Positions 52,312 through 64,000 of a DNA stretch of 64,000 nt are shown piece by piece. Each line of letters opens with the position of its first letter. Position 1 is the stretch's first letter. Position numbers and translations under genes: made by a program. The notes beneath the pieces are model-generated. The model had not been told where the DNA came from. It made no database searches and worked only from the letters and a program-made list of their open reading frames with translations. The DNA lies in contig JAHLWZ010000733.1 in assembly GCA_020536535.1 (NCBI GenBank), forward strand, positions 62,001 to 126,000. Reading direction: 5' to 3'. The DNA comes from Pelomyxa schiedti (lineage: Eukaryota; Protista; Evosea).

Positions 52312-54127
52312 CTATTCCTCTAGTGGTGTAACTGCCAGCATCACAGCTGCATGTGGTCTGACATCGATGGCGAATTCACCATAGAACTCACCAAGGTCTT
52401 GCTGGAGGTAAAGGTCACGAATGTGTGCCAGCTACAGAAAGACATAAGAAGTCGGGAGAGAAAACTTTGGTAGGATTGGTACAGCACCTTGAAAACTGCT
52501 GGGTAAAAATCGCCATTATTGTTGCCGGTGTTCATGTGTATGGCAATGTTCCTATCTTCGGTGCCCTTGTGTTTCATCAGTGGAAAGAGGGAATAGGGGA
52601 GGGAACTTTGTTCAGCAAAACAACAGCAAAACGACCGTCGTAAAGAGGTTTCCCCCAAATCTAGGAAATGTCATTCACATCGAGGTGAGATTCGTGTTAT
52701 ACCTCATAGGCATCCAAGTACTCAAGGAGAGATCCTTGTACACATTCCCGGTCTTGGTTCACTGGAAAAAAAGGTCGGCTTTTTATAAATTTAAATGGGG
52801 CCCGGTTACCTGCAAGAATTTCCGGGACAGTAAGAATTTTGATTGCCTCGGCGCTCATGGTTCTCACATCAGCACCAATGATAATTGGCGAGGCAAGTAC
52901 AGAATACAGCATCATCTGTGCAAGCTCTTCATCTGAACTCATCCCAGTGTATCCAACTGTAATCATATCCAAAAAGTTGAATGCACCACATTTTTGATAG
53001 TAGGCATTTCCAACCTTCACGAAGTCAATACCTAGAGTATATATATAAGGTAGAATAACCTGCATATGAACGTTATCCATGAGGGAATCCCAGGAATCCC
53101 CACGACCAAACCATGACTTGTACATATGCGCCCATTGGGGTCCCCATACCCATATAAGCTCATCAGCAGTTAGCGCAATCTGTTTTTCAGTTTAGGAGGT
53201 GAATATTGTTCGTGCCGGGTGTGTTTAAAAAATAACCTTTGGTCTGATGTCAGGGAGTATTCCATGTTGATATGGATTGTATAGACGCATACCAGACGTG
53301 GGATTTCCGTCGTCAATATAGTATACTCTATTGATTTCAACCAGGGAAAAGAGTATTGGTTTCAATACATTTGGCGTCCTGTTGCATTCAATGCCTCGGA
53401 CATTGTTTTAACTGAATTCTGTATACAGTTATTTCTCGTTCCACAGAATGCCGCACAGGTATCCTATCTTCACGTGTGAGTCTTGAAGGGCCCTATTCCA
53501 GACGTGGGAGATAGGGAGCATGCATGTTTAAGAAAATCGAATCCCCAATCGGCAAAAGCTTGTGCGTCGGTTTGTTCATGTCCCAGTGAGCCAGAGAAAC
53601 CTCCACATGTAACCTCGCTTATCGAGGAGTAAATTCCCGCTTTGAATCCCTTGGCGTGCAGCTGCTGAGCTACTGAAGCCATTCCATTTGGGAACTTAGC
53701 AGTGTCACATTGAATTCTGTCAGAGCTATCACGAGGTTCAGGAACAATACAATGTCCCTCACTGTTTGTCTTCTGGCAGGCCTGCCACCCATCATCAATA
53801 AGAATATATCTGTCATTCACCAACTTAGAGGCAAAAAAGAAATACTTTTCAATTTAAACTATGAAAGCAGAGAGATGGTGGGTTGTTAAGAATAGAAATA
53901 TAAATATCAGCCCCCCGCAACTGGTATCCAGCATCCCATAATCCCGAGGAGAGCATAGCATCAGCCACTTCTAGCAGACCCGACTCCGTGACGTTGAATC
54001 TCATGCTGTTCCACGACGACCATGCCAAAACCGGCACGCGACCAACCCCATTGTCCACACACCCAACGCTCAAAATTTGAAGTAAAACCCCGGACGTCAA
54101 AACCGCCGCGGCGCACCACCCCTTCAT
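52312..54127 (-). CDS. Alpha-galactosidase / alpha-N-acetylgalactosaminidase, glycoside hydrolase family 27, with signal peptide
   Basis: Signal peptide, [83 protein letters not shown], and C-terminal IRDLYLQQDLGEFYG..DVRPHAAVML. Confidence 0.95.
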
Positions 54128-54263
54128 CACCAATCAATTTGATGGATTTGAAAAACCAAAATGATGTGGGGCACCAGCGCCAAAAGCGTAAAAAGTTTCC
54201 GTATCTTCTTGTATCATCAAATCAATTATCTACCCTCGTCGCTGCCCAGTTCAGAATCAGAGC

Positions 54264-55256
54264 TTACTCTTCGCTCTCGTTGTTGTCCTCTTCGTCATCC
54301 TCATCATACTCTGTGGTGGCACTCCTGTGAGTGGCATCCTCTTCTGCCGAGTCATTCTCGTCTGGTTCTTCTTCTTCACAGTCAGTGGTGATGGATTGTT
54401 CTTCGTTAGCCTCTGATTCCACTTTTGGCGACCGGGAAGGTGTGTTGGTCCGGGGCTTCTTGCGTTTGGGTGGTTCCGGCTTCTCATGCTTTTTTGACAC
54501 CACTTGGGGTCTGATTTGTCCCACTTGCAGGATGAGAACCACTTTGGAGCAGACCTTGGGGCTGCAAAGTTGTGTGACTATTGGTTTTCCTAGCTCCGAC
54601 TGGATGAGGGAGATGGAGATGTGTTCATTTGAGTAGTCTTCTGTGGGCAGAGACGGATACGAGTCCTGTGTTTTCTGACAAAATATGAGCCCAAGTGCCC
54701 ACTCTCGTGTGGGCTTCTGGAGCTTGCCGAGCACCTCTTTCATTTCACCATTTTTGAGTGGCTCCTCCCAGTCCGTGCTTTCCACGATTATACAGCCTCC
54801 TTTCAGGCCAATCTCATCCATATTGCCTGTCATGACAAAATCGTCTGCACATACACCAGGTGCTTTCTTGAGGCACTCAAGCCCTCCTGTGAAGGAATCT
54901 CCCTGGCCAGAGAGAAATGGTACTATCTGATTGTCAAATAAGGCCTGAGTGGATTCATTGTAGAGCTGTTGCCATATTGTGCAACACGATTTGTCACTGT
55001 CTGGTTCCTCAGGGTGGTATGAATACTCTGAATTGCCGTAAACGTGAAACAGCAAGGAATGCGCAAATTTGGAGAGAGTTTGCCCACCAAACCCCCCACA
55101 GTGCGAGGCTGCTGACACAGCCACTCCTGCAAACATGCTCCATCATCAATCCACTGTTGCCATCAGACCTTCTTTTGGAGGTGGAGTTGAACCTGGATTT
55201 AGCATCTTTGACAACACCCTCAAATTTGCCATAGTTAATCAGTGCACTGGAGAAGT
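54264..55256 (-). CDS. Hypothetical protein, C-terminal part, possibly Crinkler-type (REase-like domain) with NLS-like motif and acidic tail; 5' end lost in the gap
   Basis: 290-aa ORF 54264-55136 (AASHCGGFGGQTL; IVPFLS; GNMDEI; IVESTDW; PPKRKKPR; D/E-rich tail). Another open frame continues upstream to the N gap. The family call is from recalled similarity only. Confidence 0.45.
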
Positions 55257-55356
55257 NNNNNNNNNNNNNNNNNNNNNNNNNNNNNNNNNNNNNNNNNNNN
55301 NNNNNNNNNNNNNNNNNNNNNNNNNNNNNNNNNNNNNNNNNNNNNNNNNNNNNNNN
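55257..55356. other. Scaffold gap (100 N)
   Basis: Run of exactly 100 N, typical of a gap of unknown size. Contiguity across it is not guaranteed. Confidence 1.
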
Positions 55357-55705
55357 CAATAACGAGTGCCTGAACTTCTTCTCCTTCCATTTTTTATTTT
55401 TTTAATTGTTTGTTGGTTCTGCTTGCTTGTCTGTTCTTTGTTGAAAAGAAAAAATGTTGGTTCGTCGCTTAAATGCCCTTGATTGTTCCTAAACAAGGAG
55501 CAATTGCCCAAGGTCAGAATCCGTTTTTGGCTTCATTCTGTTCCTCTGAACGGGATGAAGTCAACTTGGCTCCCAAGCCCTGTCTGAATGAGGCACTTGT
55601 TGAGGTTCGCGCTGTGAGGTCGCCCAACAGGTTCCGATAACCCCGCGATATCGAGCTATCTATCACCCGGTCGATCTGTTATCTCATACACCAACTGTTT
55701 ATTGG

Positions 55706-58700
55706 ATGGCAGACGGTGAGCGTGTACTGTTCGACGATCACGACGCTGCAGAAGGCGACAACGACGCAGCGCCCTCGTGCATCACAGACTACAACAACAG
55801 CGCCCGCATGGCCGGCGGGGGCGACGCTGAGGAGCCAGGGGCCGGGCCCCTCACTTCCTCGGGTCTGACCCCCTCCGCCGCCGTTTCGAGGTACGTCGAG
55901 GCGCTGGTCGGGTGCGCGGCCGCTGCCGTGGCCTCGTGCATCCGCGTGGTGGCCGGGGCGGGAGCGGGGCCGCTGGGCGGGGGCGCGGGGGCCAGAGGCG
56001 GGGGAGCGGGGGCAGGAGGGCCCGGGGGCAACGGGGGCGAGGGCAGCGGGGCAGAGGGAGGCGGCGCGGCGGTGGGAGTGGGAGTGGGAGTGGGAGTGGG
56101 AGTGGGGCCTGCTGTGATTGTGCACGATTTGTTCCAGGTGGTGTCCGAGATAACTGATGACAGTGAGCTGGGTATGCGTCGAGGGGACTGCAGCATTGTT
56201 GTTGTTTCTTTGTTTGTTTGTTGTTTGTTTTGGATCAAGTTGTATGAATCATGCCTGTGGGTCTTGTTACTTTTGTAACAAGGTTATTGCTATCTCTTTT
56301 TTTTATTGTAACAGACTACAATGACAGTGCTATGTGGATCGATTGTATTGAATGAAGAAAGGGGTGTGATGAAATTTGTGGAGCAGTCTTGCGTGAATCA
56401 AGAAAAAGTATATGTGCAGGCAAGGGAGGAAGCTATCTTGGGGGTAACATCGTTAATTGGGAGGCTGAGCCATCATGTGCGGGAGCATGTTGTGGAGCTA
56501 AAGAATGTTTGCATGAACATTTTCAGGAAGGAACAGTCCAATGTGGTCAAAATAGCATGTTTTGCACTCATTACAAAGGTCATTAAACTGAAGTTTCCGC
56601 TTATTGATGGAGAGAGGCTAAAAGTCCGTGAGATGGCCGAATTGTATTAAAATCCTTTCGGTTTTCCCTTTTTTACTTATTTTGTATCAGTTTTATGCGT
56701 GATATTACATGTGGCAAGTCATCACAAACAGGTAAGGAAACTTAGGACTTCTGGTACACTGTTAATCATGTTTCCAGTAAAATCAAGAGCCATGCAACTT
56801 CTAGGACTTCTTGCACATAACTTTCCAGAACACATTTTTGATAAATCACCAGTTTTACTGCACATATTTTCCGATTCTTTAGCTCGCCAGTTTAAATCTC
56901 CCAAACCTGACATGCAGGTTTGAACCCTCACAGCACCAAGTTGTGTAATTTACTGCTAGGTTATTTCTGGGGCCCTACGGGGATTGACAAGTTTCCTTTT
57001 CCACTTTTCTGGTGATTTTTGTGCAGGTTAATTACTTTTTCCTATGTTATATAGTAACATTTCCCAGACAAAAAAAATGTACCAACCATCTATAAGTACT
57101 TGTGCATGGCTATTGAGCCCCCTAGCCACCTTCAGAGATATGACATCCCCAAAGGTAAATTCGTAAGAAGTGTCTGTATTCTTACCTACAATTAGCGGGG
57201 TTGAAATTCATCAAGTCACACGCATCTTTGATTCATGAGTACTTAACAGAAGACTCTGTTCCAATGTTCAAAAGACTGTGCATTCTTTGTAGTCATAATA
57301 ACAAAGCAGTACGAAAAAGAGTCTCCTGTTCTCCAATCCAACTTCCTTCAGCTTAGAACGTCTGCATTCGCTGCATTGAATTCCTTTTTTCAATCAGTCT
57401 TCAAGGAACTTGTTTCTGGTGTTAGAGATGTTAAGAGAGACCAAGAAACTTTCCAAGTTGCCATTGCCACTTAGCTGAAGGGACTACTAACTCTCACAAG
57501 TTTTTCGTGAAGAAATTCTTTGAACTTATGGAATCTCCAACAAGTGGAATATATGACATTTCAATATCCATAGTAGGTTTTGGGTGGCTCGCCCTTCCAG
57601 TCAAGGTACCAAGTCAACATAAATTCCATTTCAATGAAGCTGACTGGGGTAGGTGTTCCTGGGGGTAGCCGAGCTTACCAAGATTCTTGCTGCCCTCTTT
57701 CATAAGGCTGAAAAATTTTTACTCTCGTAAGGTTACAAGCAAATTGGTTTACACTCAGCTTTCTGTTGTCAACTAGAATTGACTCTGAGGAGGAATCAGC
57801 AATTCATTTGTCAAGTTTAATGACAAGCTATTCCCGAATCATTGAGCACCTCCCAACTTTAGAAGAATCAGAAGTATATACACTGCACAACATACTAATT
57901 CTCTTACACTAAAGCAATCAAGTTAATACAACAGGAGAAACTATTTGGAGCTCTTTTCAGGCTTTTTCCACACTTATTTTCCCGCCAATGGAACAGATAC
58001 TTCATTGGGCTCTCACAGCTCTTCCACATCTTGTGGCGTAAAGGACAAGCCCTTAAATTTCTTCTTGTGAGAATTAGTACGGAAAAACATGTAAAAACGA
58101 AACTAAGGAGTATCTAGTTCCCCAAGGGTTATTAGCTACATGTTCAAGAGCTCCAGAGGTAACGCATCTGAAAGCAACAGGTGACATTCTACAAAATCAT
58201 GTTTCACCTAACCATCTTTAAGGGGCTTTTGCTAGCAGTATACCTTTCTACCAGGAGTACAAACCACTCTGGGTACATATTCTTGAATTGGAAAAAAATG
58301 CCCTTGAAGTTCCTTTTTCTGAGGATGAATACTCACGGATGAGTGAACTTATATATGACGAGTTTATTTCTGGTAACTTGTACGCTCCTTATTTGCCTCT
58401 AACACTCTATAGGCATACTAACACTTGTACACAAACTGAATCTCCAATACGTTGGTACCCAACTAGAGTCTGACACAACAGAGAAATCTGAGGAAACTGT
58501 GACACAGATTGCTTCCATATCTCCTGTAAAAAATTCATACAAAGGAAAAAAGTGACTCAATCCACACAAGAGTTCAGTGAAGCCTGTTGTACCCCGAGAT
58601 ATGGAAGTGTTCTTGAACCTGGTGGAATTCTGCAAACTGATATTACCTACTACAAGCACTCAATTTTTCTCAAGGTACATGCATTGTTGAAACAAAGTAC

Positions 58701-61700
58701 TAAGATATCAGATGGGTCTTTGTCTTTTGCCGAGACATGCTAAATTTCTCAAAGAAACTACCCCTTATCTCTGGTTTCTACAAGCTTCTTACAATCGCTC
58801 TTCAATTGTGTGAGAAACATAGATACTTTGAGGTACCTCTCTTCAGGCGCACAAATAATGACATCAGTACAGGGTGTGAGAGTGGAGTATGTAGATGACG
58901 ATGATGAAACAATCATAGATGATTCCAAGGTTATGTGTTATAAGCTTATCAAAGCGGGACTAAAGGTTTGTTTCACGGTTTTCTTCTGACTTCCTTTGTT
59001 TATCTGGAATAGGAATTCCTTAAAAGAATGCAACAATTTCAAGATGAGCTCTTATCTTCAATCTTGGAATTGATCCTCTCTATTCCAAGAGAGTTTGTCA
59101 ATGCCAGTGAACTTGTCCTCCCTCTTACACAGGCTCTGACTTTGGGCGTAAGGTATAATCTCAATTGTGGTTTATTTACTTACTTTCAAAAGTTATACAC
59201 CATTGGCGAATATTGGACTTGTTGCCTTGAGCCATTGGATGAAAGTAATGTTGTACACCGTAACGCCTTGACCCACATATATTCAGGTGTTTCCAGATAT
59301 AAAGCAGCACCTTCCAGCAATTTTACCTGCTCTGGGTGATTACCTTCTGATTGCCCCTCCAGACTCTGCTGCCGTATCAACATCAGAGACAACCTCAAAA
59401 CATCACAAAGTAAAAATTCGGGCTTTTTATTTTCCTTCCTAAGCTTACATCAGAAGAATGTGGCTGTAGATCAAGTTCTTGAACTTCAGTACAAAGTCAT
59501 TCATCTACTTGGGGAAATTGGAGGAAAAAATGTGCACGTCATACAGGATTTGAACTCAAATTCCACAATACAATCTCAAATAGCATGGGACACAAGAGAA
59601 CGTGTCAAGTTTACCCCACCGTTTTCAGATTTGAAGCCAGATATATTTTTGGGTCAACATGGAGGCTATAATTGTTTTTATCTTACTTCAAACCAGATTC
59701 ATTGTTGGGAAGAGTTACAGAGCTTGCAAAAGTGGCGAGTGATAGGCAAACAAAAGTTGCGGCTTGTGAGTTTCTACACAGTGTGATTCTTCTCATGATA
59801 GGCTCTAATGCAGTTGACCCAACAACCACTGCAAGCAACATGGTATTTAGATGTTCAGTAAGCCTCCTAACACAACTCAGAGTACATTCAATAAAATATA
59901 CAGTCATGTCTTTCCAACTCTGCTTCTCCTTGCCATTGACCCAGATCCTGTTACGAGACAGCTTTTTCATAATCTTATTTTGCAGCTTATTCACTATTTC
60001 ACAACAACCGCATACTGTGCTCTAGATGCAGCAACTTTATTGGATGTGTCAGGTACCCTCGATATTAACTTAGCATGCTGTAATCGATATGTGTAGTTGA
60101 TGCAGTTGGTGAACCAAATGGCCCATTGCGAGAATTTGCATCTGAGTGCATAGCTGAATTTTTGAAATGGTCAATAAAATCTGCTCCGGTGCATAGTATC
60201 ATTAAAGAATAACTGACTAACCAATCTATAGACAACAGCAAGTAGCCGAGTGAATTCAAAAACTGTATTAAAACGAATATATAGCTTGGCCTGCCACCCA
60301 AGTCCTTACAAGAGGCTTGGATGTGCTACTGCATTCAATTCATCTTATAGGTACCATTTTTCTCATACTATTTAATCAGCCAAAGATATTTCCGTGAGGA
60401 AGAGTCTTTAGTGGATCAGTTTACTTTTGAAATTGCCCAGAACTTTCTTCTATCATTGCAACAGTGCAGCGATGACGATGAATCATTGGGTTGGATCCTT
60501 TCCTTCTTTTACTCTAATATTATTTTAGGTACAGCTGCAGCAATTGTCTCTTCCCTGAGACATTTAGAAAGGGTTATAAAGGTTCGTGCTGCCCTACTTA
60601 CTACCAAAAAACCGAGGCGTGGCCATGTCGATCTTAACAGCTTCTTGATGTGGATTTTTAAAGTAGGTATCAAGTATACTTTAAACAACTCATTACCACA
60701 AGTTACTGGGGCATCAACAAACTCAGTTCCGCCACATTGTTATGGATCTAATTGTGTCTCTTGTTCCCTGTCTTCACGGTTGGTCTCTAAGACTGTCTAT
60801 TCCTAACAATCAACACAGATATTTCTGTTGCAAAATGGATACATCGTATTCTCCTTAATGAAAAACTATCAATTGCCTCCATTTTTGAACCAAAAGAAAT
60901 GGCTATTCCAAGTATTTCATCTTCCCCAGAGGTAAATGTATGATGTTGTAGTGTTGTCCTAATTATTTTCTCAGATCTTACAAAATTGGTTTGATCAGTT
61001 GTACAGCATTCTGGATTGTTATTTATGGGGAAAAGCATACACAATTCCTCTCCCACACCCAGGTGGTGGTCCTTCACCATCTGGGATAATAAAGGCTCTA
61101 AGTGTCTTTCTGGACTCATTTGCATTGTGGTCTTACCCAAATGACGGGCAGTGCCCATTGGAGCGCTTATTTAGATCGAAGGTAACACAATGCCCTAATC
61201 ACTACTAATTACATGGAAGTCAAGTGTTGTGTGCAAGATGTTTGAGTATATCACATGTCTAGCTGAAGGGATGGGAGTTGTTGGTGTACATGGGTTCTTA
61301 GGGAGCAAGCTTTATGAATTATTGTTCAGGTCACTTGTGTCACCTGATTCGGTATATGCTTTCGTCAAACTAACACCCTGACCCAAACCTAGATTGACAT
61401 CAAAACTGCCTCAAGTGCTGATGGGATTTTGTTAGACACAGCTAGTATAGCTTTGTGTAAAACTATCGTTAAAGTAACTCCTTCACCTGGTAGAAAGTTT
61501 TGACTACCTACCCTTAGATTTCCGACCCCTCTGCCCAGCACTCCTTCTATAGAACTCTCCAAAAATTACTTTCTTTCCCTGAGAATAATGCCTTCAACCT
61601 GCAGTTTGACTTTTTACCAAGTAAGCCAACTACCATGACATGAACTCAAAATTCAAGATTTCAATCATCTGCGTGCCTTGAACCTTGTACATGGTCATGT

Positions 61701-64000
61701 GTTACTGAACCAAATTGGTGTTCTTTCCCACATTCTTGGCATACAAACACCTGCCCAATTGGCTACCCAGCTCGCCACAGGGTTATTTGACAACTGCCAC
61801 ACTTATGACACTCCCCTTAAGGCAACTCACAACCACTGCTTGACTTACTTTAATTACAAAAATCTCCAGATAGCCACTGGGTCCCAAATTTTAATCTATA
61901 CCTTTGAACTCGGGCTCGATGAGGATGTCTTAATTGATTTCTTACTGGTATCTACTCATTATTCCTTTTTCTCATTTTCCACAACATGCACAGGATACAA
62001 CTCCTGTGACTCGGCAAGAGGCAGAACCAAAAACAAACAGCGTAATCCAATCAACTCCTCCAAGTGTTAGAATTAGAGAAGACATTCAACAGTCAGGCTC
62101 TCTCGGCTCTCTTTCTGAGACGGAGCTACACCAATTAATTGATTTGAATAAGGATACCGCGATGGTATCACCACAACAAAAGGCAGTCACCAAGGGTGCA
62201 CAGTTTTACACTTGTTTCCATACCCAGGTTTGTGCCTCACATTAGCATCAAAAAATAACCTCTCAATAAGCTTGAGGAGGAAATTATTTCTAAAGTGACC
62301 ACCTACTCCACACGACTGTATAGCTCTTTGTCACAGGAACTGATATTTCGCATTCTTGTTAATACTTGTTACCATTGTTTGAAAACCAAGTCAAATAATG
62401 TGACCCAGCCTTTTGTCTTTGAGGTTAGTAAAGGCCTGGAAAAATTCAACTCTGAAGCGACCAGATGTCTAAGCAATTATCCTACTTGGCACCGTGGGTT
62501 CAAGTGTCCAGTGCAACTGAGTACAAAATGGTGACTGTGTTTTATGAGCTAAAAATACAACTAAGTCTACCCTAGCGGGCACTAGAACTCATCAGAGTGT
62601 TGTTATTATGTGGAAAGTGCCTGACAGAACCAAGTATGTTTCTCCAACATTCACTTCGATGAAATATTGCTAGATGCACAAGGTTTTATCAAGCAAACTA
62701 TTGCCTGCTTTTTTGCCCAGGGCACTACACTTTCCCTCAAGAATGAAGCACTCTCTGTTGTTCGTCACTTGGATGGCAATTTTACTTCTGTGGTAAGAAT
62801 TCAGCTTAGAAGATAGTATAATACAAACCACAAAAGATCACTCAATTTTTGCATGAAATGCTCACCCAAGACCTCCCACTAAACTCTCATGATGTAGTCA
62901 AAGGATCCTCTATGTACACTACTTGAGAGGAATCCACTCAATTGACATTCCCCAGGTTCACTGAATATTCTCTCGCTATAGGGTACCTTTTTGATTTGCT
63001 GGGATCTACACGAAACACAAAGATCTTAGAACTCCTTTACCCTGTTCTTAATGAAAAAGACCACACCCTTAGCAATATGATTTCTTCAAAACTCAAGGCT
63101 CTAGTGGATGGATGTACAGATGACCAAGCTCGTGAAATTTTTGTCTCTTGCTTTAGGTGCACAAACTTATCTCTGTTTTGAAATCTGTGATTTACTTACC
63201 TCAGTGTATATGAGGATAATACTCATCCTCCCCAACTGAAAATCGCCTTGGTCACTAAGCTCTGCATTCCACTTATTGAGAAAATATCTTCTCCCTTCAG
63301 GCTGGAGCTGTTTCGCCAACGTATCGGCAGCCTTACTGCAAAGATCCTATCTCCATTTCCACATGAAGTTACACCTGCTTCTGTGCTGCTCATAACGGAA
63401 AAAACCCTAGCATTCAAATTCATTTCTGTAAGTTATCGTGATATAGAGTCAAGATATTAATATGCCCTAGACACTATATTCTGTACTCCCAGCAGAAACT
63501 ATTAGATCCAAAATAAATCCAGCATTTTATAGTCTCTCAGATGCGAAGGGCACAGAATTCACATCAGCAGTCATGCGTGCTGCTCATAACACCAAGGCAG
63601 AACAGGCAGGTCCATAACACCTAAAAACCATACTTCTTACCATAACGCCAGCTCTGGGAGCCTGCAGTGCATGACATAGTATTGGAGTACCACTGTGCTG
63701 CATTTGATGCTCTTAGCACTGTGGTTACTCAAACACAGACCAAAGAAAACTTTTTTTATGTCTTCATGTTCAAAGAGCAGCCTGAGAAAAACGAACTTAT
63801 TTGGGAAAATATTGTGGATACTGAAGTACCATCTATTGAATGAAAGAAGTACTAAAAATTTACAGAGAGTTTTCAAGTTAGAAGTAGAAACACATTTCCC
63901 ATGGGCACAGCAAGCTATGAGGTCACTACTGGAGCCCACTAATGACAACACTCCCAATGAAGGAAGCTTAAAAAAGTACGTAGCCTGACTTAAACAAAGT
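55706..64000 (+). CDS. PRKDC: DNA-dependent protein kinase catalytic subunit, 5' part (continues beyond the window)
   Basis: N-terminal HEAT region matches DNA-PKcs: [153 protein letters not shown]. Confidence 0.95.
56072..56107 (+). repeat. (GTGGGA)5-GTGGGG hexamer repeat encoding (Val-Gly)6 in PRKDC exon 1
   Basis: Read directly from the sequence. Confidence 0.9.

Noticed and set aside
55009-55511. ORFs containing X runs that span the N gap
   Set aside because: Artefacts of translating through 100 N; the true gap size is unknown.
55784-56330. 20-nt near-repeat ACAGACTACAACAACAGCGC (55784) / ACAGACTACAATGACAGTGC (56311), 17/20 identical
   Set aside because: One copy is exonic and one is at an intron 3' end, with no wider similarity. 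Too short to support a duplication or an element.

Overview
Gene-dense, intron-rich eukaryotic DNA with many short GT-AG introns (often about 40-75 nt) and one 100-N scaffold gap at 55257-55356. I see no prokaryotic operons, CRISPR arrays, rRNA, tRNA or transposases. The gene content looks amoebozoan, and the kinase-SEL1 and ankyrin-like families resemble those I recall from Pelomyxa/Archamoebae (inference, not a database result). About 20 genes can be built by hand-splicing. Housekeeping genes: Rab24, Spg1/Tem1, dihydropyrimidine dehydrogenase, DAD1/OST2, MED14, TMEM214-like, BROX-like, GH27 alpha-galactosidase, and the 5' part of DNA-PKcs. Unusual multidomain genes: ubiquitin-like+Ras-like+TKL kinase; RasGAP+CARMIL-type PH+LRR; TPR+SGNH hydrolase; non-RD kinase+SEL1; and a dynamin-like/TM/pseudokinase remnant. 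Three intron-bearing genes belong to mainly prokaryotic families (DUF2505-like, CruF/DUF422-like, bacterial-type MEMO1/AmmeMemoRadiSam B). The strongest leads are a UBR4 gene that seems to encode only the C-terminal E3 part behind its own start codon, the UBL-Ras-kinase fusion, a duplicated hairpin whose non-Watson-Crick pairs are all G-U, and a GC-AG intron next to the GH27 nucleophile codon. All exon boundaries and family assignments were made by eye and from recalled consensus motifs, so they need RNA-seq and HMM confirmation.
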